NCBI GenBank assembly: GCA_036265735.1
Contig: DATAOK010000050.1
Span: forward strand, 3,968 to 67,967
DNA from: Gaiellaceae bacterium
GTDB taxonomy: Bacteria > Actinomycetota > Thermoleophilia > Gaiellales > Gaiellaceae
Length of the DNA stretch: 64,000 nt
Direction: 5' to 3'
Below, one piece after another: positions 1 through 8,860 of this stretch. Each line of letters opens with the position of its first letter. Position 1 is the first letter of the stretch. The position numbers were made by a program, and so were the translations under genes. Below the pieces are notes generated by a model that was given only the letters and a program-made list of their open reading frames with translations, made no database searches and was not told where the DNA came from.

Positions 1-607
1 TGAAGACGGCCATCGGCACGACTGTCTCCTTCATGACGCCGTTCTTCCACGCAGCCGCCGCGCGCTGCTGCGACTGCACGGCGAACGAGTCGGCGCGCTC
101 GCGCGTGATGTCCGGGAAGCGGTCGTGCAGGTTCTCCGCGGTCTGTCCCATCGACGCCGCCGACTCGTCGATCAGCCGCTCGGATACAAAACGCGGATTG
201 AAGTCGACGTCGTCGCCCATCGGGTGATGCCCCATGTGCTCGACGCCGCCGGCGAGTGCGACGTCGACAGCTCCGAGCGCGATCTCGCCCGCCGCCGCCG
301 TCACCGCGGTGAGCGCACCTGCGCACATCCGGTCGAGGGCGAAGCCGGGCACCGAATCGGGGATGCCCGCGAGGAGCGCGACGTCGCGTCCGAGCGTGAG
401 ACCCTGGTCGCCCACCTGCGCCGTGGCGGCGAGGATCACGTCGCCGATCCGGTCGGGCTCGATCTTGGGGTTCCGTCGCAGGAGCTCCCGCACGGCCTTG
501 ACGCCCATGTCGTCGGCGCGCGTCCGCCAGAACTGCCCCTTCGGGCCCGCTTTGCCGAACGGCGTCCGCACGCCGTCGACGAAGAAGACCTCGCGCGCCT
601 CACGCAT
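1..607 (-). CDS. acetyl-CoA C-acyl/acetyltransferase (thiolase), N-terminal part; gene runs off the left edge
   Basis: Not in the ORF track because it is open at the window edge. Hand translation of the minus strand from the ATG at 607..605 gives MREAREVFFVDGVRTPFGKAGPKGQFW...GFALDRMCAGALTAVTAAAGEIALG...GGVEHMGHHPMG. This is a thiolase N-terminal domain with the active-site Cys context. Confidence 0.85.
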   Translation of the reverse strand, partial: MREAREVFFVDGVRTPFGKAGPKGQFWRTRADDMGVKAVRELLRRNPKIEPDRIGDVILAATAQVGDQGLTLGRDVALLAGIPDSVPGFALDRMCAGALTAVTAAAGEIALGAVDVALAGGVEHMGHHPMGDDVDFNPRFVSERLIDESAASMGQTAENLHDRFPDITRERADSFAVQSQQRAAAAWKNGVMKETVVPMAVF

Positions 608-635
608 CGCGAGGCCACCTTAGCGTCGCCTTGAC

Positions 636-645
636 TGACCGGTCA
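636..645. promoter_or_regulatory. perfect 10-bp palindrome TGACCGGTCA, candidate repressor operator upstream of the thiolase gene
   Basis: Seen directly about 30 nt upstream of the thiolase ATG, in the divergent intergenic region. Context is TTGAC-TGACCGGTCA-ATCAG. Confidence 0.3.
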
Positions 646-665
646 ATCAGAGACGAGATGGGGAT

Positions 666-1337
666 GTGATCACACGCCCACGGCCCATGTGCTCACATGG
701 GCCGGTGGACTGGGACGCCGCCGCCGCGAGGGCGATCGCGCGCTACGAGGGCGGCGAGACACGCGGCCTCGACCAGCGGCAGCTCACCCAGCTCGCGAAC
801 GCCGCGTGGGCCGCGGGCCTCAACCTCCTGATGGCGCGTCGGCCTAACGAGTCGGCCGTCTGGCTGCGACGCGCCGCCGAGCGCTACCGCGAGAGCTGGG
901 ACGGCGCTCCGCCGGACTCGTGGGGTCGCCCGATCGCGGCGATGAAATCGCTCCTGCTCGCCGGCGACGACGCGCGAGAGGCCGCGCGATGGGCGCTCGA
1001 CGCGAAAGCGGCAGACGCGGCATCACCGATCGGGACGTACGCCGCGACGCTCGCCTACCTCGTGCTTCGTGACGATGAGGCGGCGCGCGTGCTCGGCGAG
1101 ACGCTGCGCGACCGTGACGACTTCCCACACTCGGTGGCCGACGCCGTCCTCGCGGTCGCGGCCGCCGATCGTGCGACGTTCGCGCGCGCCGTCGAAGAGC
1201 TGCTCGACGACTTCGAGCAGCGGACGGATTTCCTCGAGGACGTTCCCGTCGCGGACACCGTGCTCGTCCTGCAACGCCTTGCGATAGACCGCGGCGTCGC
1301 CGCCGACGAGCTCCGCGCGTCGCCGCGACTGCCGTAG
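666..1337 (+). CDS. hypothetical Ala/Arg/Asp-rich helical protein
   Basis: ORF track, GTG start at 666. ATG 687 or GTG 705 are equally possible starts because a 9-bp hairpin GGCCCATGT-GCTC-ACATGGGCC sits at 682..703. No family recognised. Confidence 0.45.
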   Translation: MITRPRPMCSHGPVDWDAAAARAIARYEGGETRGLDQRQLTQLANAAWAAGLNLLMARRPNESAVWLRRAAERYRESWDGAPPDSWGRPIAAMKSLLLAGDDAREAARWALDAKAADAASPIGTYAATLAYLVLRDDEAARVLGETLRDRDDFPHSVADAVLAVAAADRATFARAVEELLDDFEQRTDFLEDVPVADTVLVLQRLAIDRGVAADELRASPRLP

Positions 1338-1425
1338 AGCAGCGCGGCCGCCGCGGCATCGAGTAGCGCGATCGTCGCATTCTCTGAGCCAAGTGCAGAC
1401 GAACGGAGGAGTGCGTCGGTACCCG

Positions 1426-2451
1426 TCAGTAGCTGCTCGAAGTCTCCCAGAGGTTGATGTCGCTTTCGGTCGCGTAGCGCTCGATCTCGTCAAGCTCATC
1501 AGGCTCGAACGAAAGACCCTCGAGCGCCCGCACGTTCGCCTCGAGCTGCTCGTCACTCGACGCCCCCACGAGAGCGGACGTCACGCGCGGGTCGCGCAAG
1601 ACCCACGCAAGCGCGAGCTGTGCGAGTGACTGGCCGCGCCGTGCGGCGATGTCGTTGAGTGCGCGCACCTTCGCGAGCGTCGAGTCGTTCAGCTGGTCAG
1701 GCGAAAGTGACCCAGGCCTGCTCGCCCGGGAACCATTGGGTACGCCGTGCACATATCTGTCCGTGAGGAGTCCCTGCGCGAGAGGCGAGAAGACGATGCA
1801 GCCGATGCCGAGGTCGCCGAGCTCATCGAGTAAGTCGCCCTCGATCCAACGGTTGAACATCGAGTACGACGGCTGGTGGATCAAAAGCGGCGTTCCGAGG
1901 CCGCGCAGGATTTCGTGCGCTTCGCGCGTCATTCGTGCGGAGTACGAGGACACGCCAACGTACAGCGCCTTGCCTTGCCGCACAACCGTGTCGAGCGCGC
2001 CGAGCGTCTCTTCGAGCGGCGTTTCGGGGTCGTAGCGGTGCGAGTAGAAGATGTCGACGTAGTCGAGGCCCATGCGCGCCAGCGATTGGTCGAGCGATGC
2101 GAGCAGGTATTTTCGCGACCCCCACTCGCCGTATGGGCCCGGCCACATGTCGTAGCCCGCCTTCGTAGAGATCACGAGCTCGTCTCGGTACGGGTGGAGG
2201 TCGTCGCGGAGGAGTCTGCCAAAGGTCTCCTCGGCCGACCCGTACGGCGGGCCGTAGTTGTTCGCGAGGTCGAAATGGGTGATGCCGAGGTCGAACGCTC
2301 TGCGCACGATGGCGCGGCTGCGCTCAAGCGGCGCGTCACCGCCGAAGTTTTGCCAGAGTCCGAGCGAGATCGCCGGCAGGTGCAACCCGGAGATGCCGGA
2401 TCGGCGGTACTGCATCTGCTCGTAGCGGTTGTCGGCAGGCGCGTATGTCAT
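1426..2451 (-). CDS. aldo/keto reductase (YghZ/Tas-like)
   Basis: 341 aa. YRRSGISGLHLPAISLGLWQNFGG...GITHFDLANNYGPPYGSAEETFG and the overall length match the AKR family. Confidence 0.9.
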   Translation of the reverse strand: MTYAPADNRYEQMQYRRSGISGLHLPAISLGLWQNFGGDAPLERSRAIVRRAFDLGITHFDLANNYGPPYGSAEETFGRLLRDDLHPYRDELVISTKAGYDMWPGPYGEWGSRKYLLASLDQSLARMGLDYVDIFYSHRYDPETPLEETLGALDTVVRQGKALYVGVSSYSARMTREAHEILRGLGTPLLIHQPSYSMFNRWIEGDLLDELGDLGIGCIVFSPLAQGLLTDRYVHGVPNGSRASRPGSLSPDQLNDSTLAKVRALNDIAARRGQSLAQLALAWVLRDPRVTSALVGASSDEQLEANVRALEGLSFEPDELDEIERYATESDINLWETSSSY

Positions 2452-3251
2452 TCGGCCTCCTTCGTCATGGCGCGTTCGAGCTCTCCCTGTGTCGCTCCGG
2501 TCATGATGGCGACCGCCTCCGCCATCGTGTGCGACTGCGGCGTCACGACTGCGACGCGTCGCCCGAGGCGCATGATGTGGATCCGGTCGGCGAGGTCGAA
2601 GACGTGCGGCATGTCATGACTGATGAGCACGACCGGCAGGCCTCGGCTCCGCACGCGGCGGATGAGGTCGAGGACCTGTCCGGTCTCCTTGACGCCGAGT
2701 GCCGCGGTCGGCTCGTCCATGATCACGAGCCGACGCGCCCAGGCCGCCGCCCGAGCGACCGCGACGCCTTGACGCTGTCCGCCGGAGAGGCTCTCCACCG
2801 GGACAGCCATCGACTGGACTTGGATCCCTAACTCATCGAAATGGCGCTCGGCGTCGCGTCGCATCGCCCGCTTGTCGAGCAGGCGGAACAGGCGGCCGAA
2901 CGGCCCATGGCGGCGTTGTTCGCGGCCGAGAAAAATGTTGGCGGCTATGTCGAGCGCAGGTGCCACCGCTAGATCCTGGTAGACGGTCTCGATGCCTGCA
3001 TGCCGCGCGTCGCGCGGGGTTCGGAACGACGTGCGATCGCCGTCGAGTCGAATCTCTCCTTCGTCGGGCTGCAGGGCGCCCGAGAGTGCCTTGATCAGCG
3101 TCGACTTCCCTGCGCCGTTGTCGCCGATGATCGCGGAGATCTCACCTGGAAGTAGATCGAAGTCAGCGCCGGCAAGTGCCGTGACATGACCGAAGCGCTT
3201 GACGAGCCCACGTGCCTCGAGCAGCGGTGCTAGCGTCGGCGTGTCGCTCAC
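2448..3251 (-). CDS. sugar ABC transporter ATP-binding protein
   Basis: Walker A GDNGAGKST, ABC signature LSGGQRQ and Walker B LVIMDEPTAAL. Its start overlaps the permease stop by 4 nt. Confidence 0.9.
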   Translation of the reverse strand: MSDTPTLAPLLEARGLVKRFGHVTALAGADFDLLPGEISAIIGDNGAGKSTLIKALSGALQPDEGEIRLDGDRTSFRTPRDARHAGIETVYQDLAVAPALDIAANIFLGREQRRHGPFGRLFRLLDKRAMRRDAERHFDELGIQVQSMAVPVESLSGGQRQGVAVARAAAWARRLVIMDEPTAALGVKETGQVLDLIRRVRSRGLPVVLISHDMPHVFDLADRIHIMRLGRRVAVVTPQSHTMAEAVAIMTGATQGELERAMTKEAE

Positions 3252-4264
3252 GACCGTCTCCTACGCACGAGCTGGTCGACCGAGACGGCGAGGATCACGA
3301 GGACGCCTGTCACCAGATACTGGTAGATGACCTCGACGCCGACGAGCGTCAGTCCGTTGCGGAAGACGCCGACGATGATTGCGCCGACGAGGGTTCCGAG
3401 CACACTCCCTCGCCCGCCGAAGAGGCTCGTGCCGCCGAGTACGACGGCGGTGATGGAGTCCAGGTTCTCCGTTGTCTGACCCGCGTTCGGATCGCCGAGC
3501 TCCGTGCGTGCTGCGAGCAGCATCGCAGCGATCCCGACGCAGAGTCCCGTGGTGACGTACACGCTGAGCGTGACCCGGCTGACTGAGACGCCTGTGAGGC
3601 GTGCAGCCTCGGGGTTGTCGCCTACGGCGTAGACGTGTCTACCCCAGGCGGTCTGCGTGAGCACGTACCACGCGACGCCGAAGATGATGAACATCAGGAC
3701 GACGCCGTACGTGAAGTCGGCGCCGACGAAGCGGAATGTCCGTCCAAAGAAGAGGAGCTCACTCGGCAGGTTCGGGTACGTGAGGTCCTTCGAGTAGATG
3801 TGAGTGAGTGCCAGCGCGATGTTGAACGTCCCGAGCGTGACGATGAAGGGCGGCAGGCGCACGCCGGTGACCAGTGCTCCGTTGAGAACGCCGAACCCAA
3901 TGCACGCGAGGATCCCGAGTGCGATCGCGAGAAGCGGCGTGACGCCGCTCGCGACGGCGAGCTTCGTCATCACGATCTGACCGAACGCCATCACCGTGCC
4001 GACAGAGAGATCGATTCCCGCGGTCAGGATCACGAGTGTCTGCCCGACGGCAAGCACGCCGACGACCATGACCTGCTGCAGAATCAGCGAGAGGTTCTGT
4101 GCGTGCAGGAACGCATCGCTCTTGACGGAGAAGAACGCGCACGTGAGCACGAGCGCGAGGAGCGGCGCGACTCCCTGTGTGCCGAAGACGCGCCGCGCTG
4201 CTTCGAGTCCGCCGGGGCGAGGGGGCGCCGGCTCGGATGCTGTCGTGTCGCTCGTCGAGAGCAT
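3248..4264 (-). CDS. sugar ABC transporter permease (ribose/fructose-type, BPD_transp_2)
   Basis: 338 aa, polytopic. The TAGIDLSVG motif is typical of RbsC/FrcC-type permeases. Confidence 0.9.
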   Translation of the reverse strand: MLSTSDTTASEPAPPRPGGLEAARRVFGTQGVAPLLALVLTCAFFSVKSDAFLHAQNLSLILQQVMVVGVLAVGQTLVILTAGIDLSVGTVMAFGQIVMTKLAVASGVTPLLAIALGILACIGFGVLNGALVTGVRLPPFIVTLGTFNIALALTHIYSKDLTYPNLPSELLFFGRTFRFVGADFTYGVVLMFIIFGVAWYVLTQTAWGRHVYAVGDNPEAARLTGVSVSRVTLSVYVTTGLCVGIAAMLLAARTELGDPNAGQTTENLDSITAVVLGGTSLFGGRGSVLGTLVGAIIVGVFRNGLTLVGVEVIYQYLVTGVLVILAVSVDQLVRRRRS

Positions 4265-4324
4265 CGTCCCGGAGGTGGCGGCCGGAACGCAAGGCCCCGG
4301 CCGCCGGTGAGGAAGCTCTTCTGC

Positions 4325-5341
4325 CTAGCCCCAGCAGTTCTTGAGGCCGTACGCGATGCTCTTCGACGGCACGCCGGCGAGGGGCTTTCCTGTGATGAGG
4401 TTCACTCCCGTATCGGTGTAACCCGAGACCTTCTTGCCGGTCTTCGCGTAGTTCACCACTGCCGCGACGCCCCTTGACGCCATCAGCAGCGGATACTGCT
4501 GCGACGTCGCGTCGATGATCCCGGCCTTGACGTTCCGTACCCCCTGGCAGCCGCCGTCAACGGAAACCACCGTGACGTCGTCGGATGTCTTGCCGGCGTT
4601 TTTCAACGCGGTGAAGGCACCCGCAGCGCTCGGCTCGTTGATCGTGTAGACGACGTCGATGTTCGGGTTCTTTTGGATGCAGTTCTCCATCGCGGTCTGC
4701 GAAGGCGCGGTCTGCCCTTCGCCGTTCCCGACGCATGCGATCTGCGAGTCACTGTTCGAAATACCGAAGCCCTTGAGGAAACCGTTGTGACGAAGCGCAC
4801 CGACGGAAGAGCCCGCGTGCTCATCGAGCATCGCGATCGTCACAGTCTTGCCCTTGGTCGCCGCACGTGCGTATTTCCCGATCAGGACGCCGGCGTTGAA
4901 GTTGTTCGTCGCGAAGAGGGCGTTCGTGGCCGACTTCGGGACCGTCGGCGAGTCCAGGGCAATGACGAGCACGCCGGCCTTACGCGCTTTCGCAATCGCT
5001 GCGTTCTCCGCCTTGCCGTCCGCAACGGTGATGAGGATGCCCTTCACTCCGGCCGTCGTCATGTTCTCGATCGCCGCGATCTGGCTCGCGTTGTCGGAGC
5101 TCGACTTGCCCGCGGCGTACATGAGCTGAGCGCCGGACTTCTTGGCAGCAGCTGTCGCGCCGGCGCGCATCTTCACGAAGAACGGGTTCGTCGCATCTTT
5201 CGTGATGAGGCCGACCTTGATCGCGGCCGCGGGAGCAGCAGGGCGGGCCGAGGCACCCGCGGCAATAACTGCGGCGGCGGTGAGGACGACAGCTAGGAGG
5301 ACGGCTCCGACGAGTGTCTTGCCTACGTGCCTCTGAGGCAT
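4325..5341 (-). CDS. sugar ABC transporter substrate-binding protein (periplasmic-binding-protein/LacI-like fold)
   Basis: The track ORF extends to 5578, but I place the start at ATG 5341..5339. It is preceded by GGGAGAA and followed by a signal peptide (MPQRHVGKTLVGAVLLAVVLTAAAVIAAGASA). The body IKVGLITKDATNPFFVKM... is RbsB/FrcB-like. Confidence 0.85.
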   Translation of the reverse strand: MPQRHVGKTLVGAVLLAVVLTAAAVIAAGASARPAAPAAAIKVGLITKDATNPFFVKMRAGATAAAKKSGAQLMYAAGKSSSDNASQIAAIENMTTAGVKGILITVADGKAENAAIAKARKAGVLVIALDSPTVPKSATNALFATNNFNAGVLIGKYARAATKGKTVTIAMLDEHAGSSVGALRHNGFLKGFGISNSDSQIACVGNGEGQTAPSQTAMENCIQKNPNIDVVYTINEPSAAGAFTALKNAGKTSDDVTVVSVDGGCQGVRNVKAGIIDATSQQYPLLMASRGVAAVVNYAKTGKKVSGYTDTGVNLITGKPLAGVPSKSIAYGLKNCWG

Positions 5342-5387
5342 TGGTTTCTCCCTTCCCTTCGAGGGGCGGATGTCCGCGTCGTGTTCT

Positions 5388-5402
5388 TGGTACCGATAAC
5401 AG
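5388..5402. promoter_or_regulatory. candidate LacI-family operator, copy 1 (TGGTACCGATAACAG)
   Basis: A 15-bp motif repeated 66 bp away in the divergent promoter region between the ABC operon and the lacI-type gene. It is a pseudo-palindrome, TGTTATC|GGTACCA. Confidence 0.4.
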
Positions 5403-5453
5403 ACTTTCACGCCCAGAGTCAAGGGGTTTCCTATGGAGCACGTCGTAGTTCTG

Positions 5454-5468
5454 TGGTACTGATAACAG
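5454..5468. promoter_or_regulatory. candidate LacI-family operator, copy 2 (TGGTACTGATAACAG)
   Basis: 14/15 identical to copy 1. It ends 3 nt before the regulator ATG at 5472. Confidence 0.4.
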
Positions 5469-5471
5469 CCC

Positions 5472-6491
5472 ATGCCTGCGACTCCGGTGACGATCAAGGA
5501 CGTGGCCCGGCGCGCAGGCGTCTCGGCCATGACCGTTTCACGCGTGATCAACAGCAGCCCGAGCGTCAGCCCTGACACGAGGTCGCGGGTCGAGCTGGCG
5601 ATCGCGGAACTCGGCTACATCCCGAGTCGCCTCGCGCGGGGACTCTCGGCTCAGCGCACCGGCACGCTCGCACTGATCGTCCCCGACGTGGCGAACCCGT
5701 TTTTCACGCTGATCGTTCGAGGCTCAGAGGACGTCGCACGCCGAGCCGGCTACCGCGTGCTTCTTTGCGACACGCGCGCCGATCTCGACCTCGAGCGGGA
5801 GGTGATCGACGAGATGATCGCGCACCGTGTCGAGGGCATCCTCATCGCGCCGGTCAGCGACCGTTCGCGCGATCACCTGCGTCAGCTTGCGCGTTTCGGC
5901 GTGCCGTTCGTCCTCGTCGACCGGACTGTCCCCGGCCTCGACGCCGACACCGTTCTCGGCGACAGCACGGGCGGCGCGCGGCGGCTCGTCGAGCATTTGA
6001 TCGCCCTCGGGCACCGACGGATCGGGATGATTACAGAGTCGGGCACCGTCTCCACCGCGCGCGACCGCCGGAGCGGCTACGAAGCCGCTCTGGCTGACGC
6101 CGGGCTCGACGTAGACCCGGAGCTGCTCGTTGAAGGCAGCGTCGATCCAGACGGCGGGCGCGAAGGCATGCGCCGCCTGCTCGAGCTCGACCGTCCCCCG
6201 ACGGCGGTCTTCACCGTCAACAACCTCGTCGCGCTCGGGGCGATCGAGGCAGTCCGCGCGGCCGGACGTGAGGTCCCCGACGACGTCGCGCTCGTGTGCT
6301 TTGACGACATCGAATATGCATCGCGACTGCATCCGTTCCTCACCGTTATGGAGCAGCCCGCGGAGACGTTCGGGACGCTTGGGACGCAGCTCCTGCTCGA
6401 ACGGATCGAGAGACGAGCGGGGAAGCAGCGGCGAACAGTCGTGCTTCCCGGGCAATTTGTCGTGCGACGATCCTGCGGCGCCGCCCCATGA
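5472..6491 (+). CDS. LacI family transcriptional regulator
   Basis: N-terminal HTH TIKDVARRAGVSAMTVSRVIN followed by a periplasmic-binding-protein-like sugar-binding domain. Confidence 0.9.
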   Translation: MPATPVTIKDVARRAGVSAMTVSRVINSSPSVSPDTRSRVELAIAELGYIPSRLARGLSAQRTGTLALIVPDVANPFFTLIVRGSEDVARRAGYRVLLCDTRADLDLEREVIDEMIAHRVEGILIAPVSDRSRDHLRQLARFGVPFVLVDRTVPGLDADTVLGDSTGGARRLVEHLIALGHRRIGMITESGTVSTARDRRSGYEAALADAGLDVDPELLVEGSVDPDGGREGMRRLLELDRPPTAVFTVNNLVALGAIEAVRAAGREVPDDVALVCFDDIEYASRLHPFLTVMEQPAETFGTLGTQLLLERIERRAGKQRRTVVLPGQFVVRRSCGAAP

Positions 6492-7360
6492 GCCTGTACG
6501 GCGGGATCGAGAGCGGCGGGTCGAAATGGGAATGCATCGTCGGTACCGGCCCTGAGGACCTGCGTGCGAGCCTGACGATCCCAACGACCACGCCCGACGA
6601 GACGATGGAGCGCGTCATCGACTTCTTCGTTCGCGAGGGGCCGGTCAAAGCCATTGGCATCGGCTCGTTCGGTCCGATCGACGCGCGTCGTGACTCGCCT
6701 ACCTGGGGGTACATCACGACAACTCCGAAGCCAGGGTGGGCGAATACGAGCGTCGGCCGGGAGATCCAACACCGACTCGGCGTCGCCGTCGTGTTCGACA
6801 CCGACGTCAATGCCGCCGCGCTCGCAGAGCATCGTTGGGGCGCCGGCCGTGGCTTGCGCTCGCTCTGGTATGTCACTGTCGGCACCGGCATCGGCGGCGG
6901 GGGTGTCGTCGACGGAACCATCCTCCATGGGCTCTCGCACCCGGAGTTCGGGCATCTGCGCGTTCCGCGTGACGGTGACGCCGATTCGTTTCGCGGCACG
7001 TGCCCGTTCCACGGCGACTGTCTCGAAGGCCTCGCCTCCGGCACCGCGCTGGAAGCACGCTGGGGCAAGCCCGCAAACGACATAGAAGCCGAGGAGGCGT
7101 GGGCCCTCGAAGCGAGGTACCTGGCGCTCGGACTCCTCGCGGTCGTCGCCGTTCTCTCACCACAGCGCATCGTCGTCGGCGGGGGCGTCGCGCGTCGGCC
7201 CGGCCTCCTCGCCGGTGTGCGGGAGGAGCTGAGCGCTCTCATGAACGGCTACCACGGGTTCGAGCCGACCGACGACTTCGTCACGGCGCCGGAGCTCGGA
7301 GCGCGCGCAGGTGCGCTCGGCGCGATCGCGCTGGCCGCCGACGGAAAGGTCGATCGATGA
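6488..7360 (+). CDS. ROK family sugar kinase (fructokinase/glucokinase-like)
   Basis: MSLYGGIESGGSKWECIVG N-terminus, plus the Zn motif HPEFGH...CPFHGDCLE typical of ROK kinases. ATGA overlap with the lacI-type gene. Confidence 0.85.
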   Translation: MSLYGGIESGGSKWECIVGTGPEDLRASLTIPTTTPDETMERVIDFFVREGPVKAIGIGSFGPIDARRDSPTWGYITTTPKPGWANTSVGREIQHRLGVAVVFDTDVNAAALAEHRWGAGRGLRSLWYVTVGTGIGGGGVVDGTILHGLSHPEFGHLRVPRDGDADSFRGTCPFHGDCLEGLASGTALEARWGKPANDIEAEEAWALEARYLALGLLAVVAVLSPQRIVVGGGVARRPGLLAGVREELSALMNGYHGFEPTDDFVTAPELGARAGALGAIALAADGKVDR

Positions 7361-7365
7361 CCTGT

Positions 7366-7389
7366 TAGGGCGTCGCCGCGATTGCCCTA
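7366..7389. terminator. inverted repeat TAGGGC-N12-GCCCTA between convergent genes
   Basis: Seen directly. The right arm contains the pgl stop codon (CTA = TAG on the minus strand, 7387..7389). Confidence 0.35.
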
Positions 7390-8061
7390 GAGCAGCGCGG
7401 CCGCCGCGGCGTCGAGCACGGCCGTCGTCGTACCGTCGACTGCGCGCACGAGGCTGCCGGGCGTTTCGTGTGACGGCTCGTCGCCGAACGCGCGCTTGCA
7501 CGCCTCGGCCTTGTCCGCTCCGCTGACGAGGAACAGCACCTCCCGCGCACCGCGCAGCACCGGCAGCGTGAGCGTGATGCGATCCACGAAGGGCTCGTGC
7601 TTCGCCTCCGCACCGATCACACGACGGCCTGTCACGTCCAATGTCGGCTGCGAGGGAAAGAGCGATGCGATGTGCCCGTCCGGACCCAGGCCGAGCAGCA
7701 GGAGATCGAACCGCTCGAGCGATCCCAGCTCGTCCTCGTACTCCGCCGCGCCCGCCTCGCGCCCGAGCTCGCCGCGCATGCGATGCACGGCGCCCGTCGT
7801 GACGTGGTCGAGCAGTGCCCCTTTCGCCATCCGGTAGTTCGACCGCTCGTCGTCGATGGGGACGCAGCGCTCGTCGCCCCACCACAGCTCGACGCGCGAC
7901 CAGTCGGGCTCGAGCTTCGCTGCGAGCTCGTACGCGACCCGTGGCGTCGAGCCGCCGGTCAAGACGACGTGACCTCCGGAACCTGCCGCCGCCGCGAGCC
8001 GCTCCGCCACGACCTGTGCCGGGTTCTCCGCGATGACGATCCCGATGTCGTCAGCTGCCAT
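7387..8061 (-). CDS. pgl: 6-phosphogluconolactonase
   Basis: 224 aa. VVLTGGSTP...ELWWGDERCVP...LLLLGLGPDGHIASLFP are signatures of the family. Confidence 0.85.
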   Translation of the reverse strand: MAADDIGIVIAENPAQVVAERLAAAAGSGGHVVLTGGSTPRVAYELAAKLEPDWSRVELWWGDERCVPIDDERSNYRMAKGALLDHVTTGAVHRMRGELGREAGAAEYEDELGSLERFDLLLLGLGPDGHIASLFPSQPTLDVTGRRVIGAEAKHEPFVDRITLTLPVLRGAREVLFLVSGADKAEACKRAFGDEPSHETPGSLVRAVDGTTTAVLDAAAAALL

Positions 8062-8851
8062 CTGCGAGCTCGCGTGCCCGCGTCATCGCCGCCTGAATCG
8101 CGTTCAGGAAGGCCGCCCGCACGCCTGCTTGCTCGAGCTCGCGAATCGCGGCGATCGTCGTCCCGCCCGGCGACGTGACGGACTCGCGCAGCTCCACGGG
8201 ATGCATCTTTTCGTCGCGGAGCTGCTTCGCCGTTCCGAGCATCGTCTGGACGACGAGCGTCGTCGAGATCTCGCGAGACAGGCCGAGCAGGATCCCAGCC
8301 TCGATCATCGCCTCCGCTAGTAGTGCGAAGTACGCCGGCCCGGATCCAGAGACGGCCGTGATCGCATCCATCGCCTGTTCCGGGACGCGGACGACGCGGC
8401 CCAGATGGGACAGCACGTCCTCCGCGATCGCGAGCTGCCGGTCGCCTGCATGTGCGCCGGGGGCGATTCCCGCCATGCCCTCGTGCACCGTCGACGGTGC
8501 GTTCGGCATGGCCCGCACGACAGGCACGCCGTCGGCGAGCTTCGCCTCGATTCGCGCCGTCGGGATCGCTGCGGCAACCGAGATCACCGTCTGCTCGGGT
8601 GCCAGCACGGAGCCGACGTCGTCGAGCAACGCTTCAATGTCCTGCGGCTTCACGGCGATCACGACGATCGCTGCGCCGCGAACCGCATCGCCGTTCGACG
8701 TCGTCGCATCCACGCCGTGCCGCTCGGCGAGCTCGGCCACTCGCTCCGCACGCCTGCTCGTCACGACGATGTCGCTCCAGCCTGCGCTCAGCAGCCCGGA
8801 GAGCAAGGCTTCACCGATGCGGCCGCCGCCGATGATCGCGATGCGCTGCAT
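8051..8851 (-). CDS. proC: pyrroline-5-carboxylate reductase
   Basis: MQRIAIIGGGRIGEAL Rossmann N-terminus and the C-terminal VTSPGGTTIAAIRELE motif. Confidence 0.9.
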   Translation of the reverse strand: MQRIAIIGGGRIGEALLSGLLSAGWSDIVVTSRRAERVAELAERHGVDATTSNGDAVRGAAIVVIAVKPQDIEALLDDVGSVLAPEQTVISVAAAIPTARIEAKLADGVPVVRAMPNAPSTVHEGMAGIAPGAHAGDRQLAIAEDVLSHLGRVVRVPEQAMDAITAVSGSGPAYFALLAEAMIEAGILLGLSREISTTLVVQTMLGTAKQLRDEKMHPVELRESVTSPGGTTIAAIRELEQAGVRAAFLNAIQAAMTRARELADGS

Positions 8852-8860
8852 GGGCGGAGG

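Noticed and set aside
4325-5578. 417-aa version of the sugar-binding protein, and similarly the 327-aa version of the glycosylase (8861..9844)
   Set aside because: The upstream extensions run through the divergent promoter or the neighbouring gene. Internal starts with an SD and signal peptide (5341), or overlapping the upstream stop (9703), fit better.
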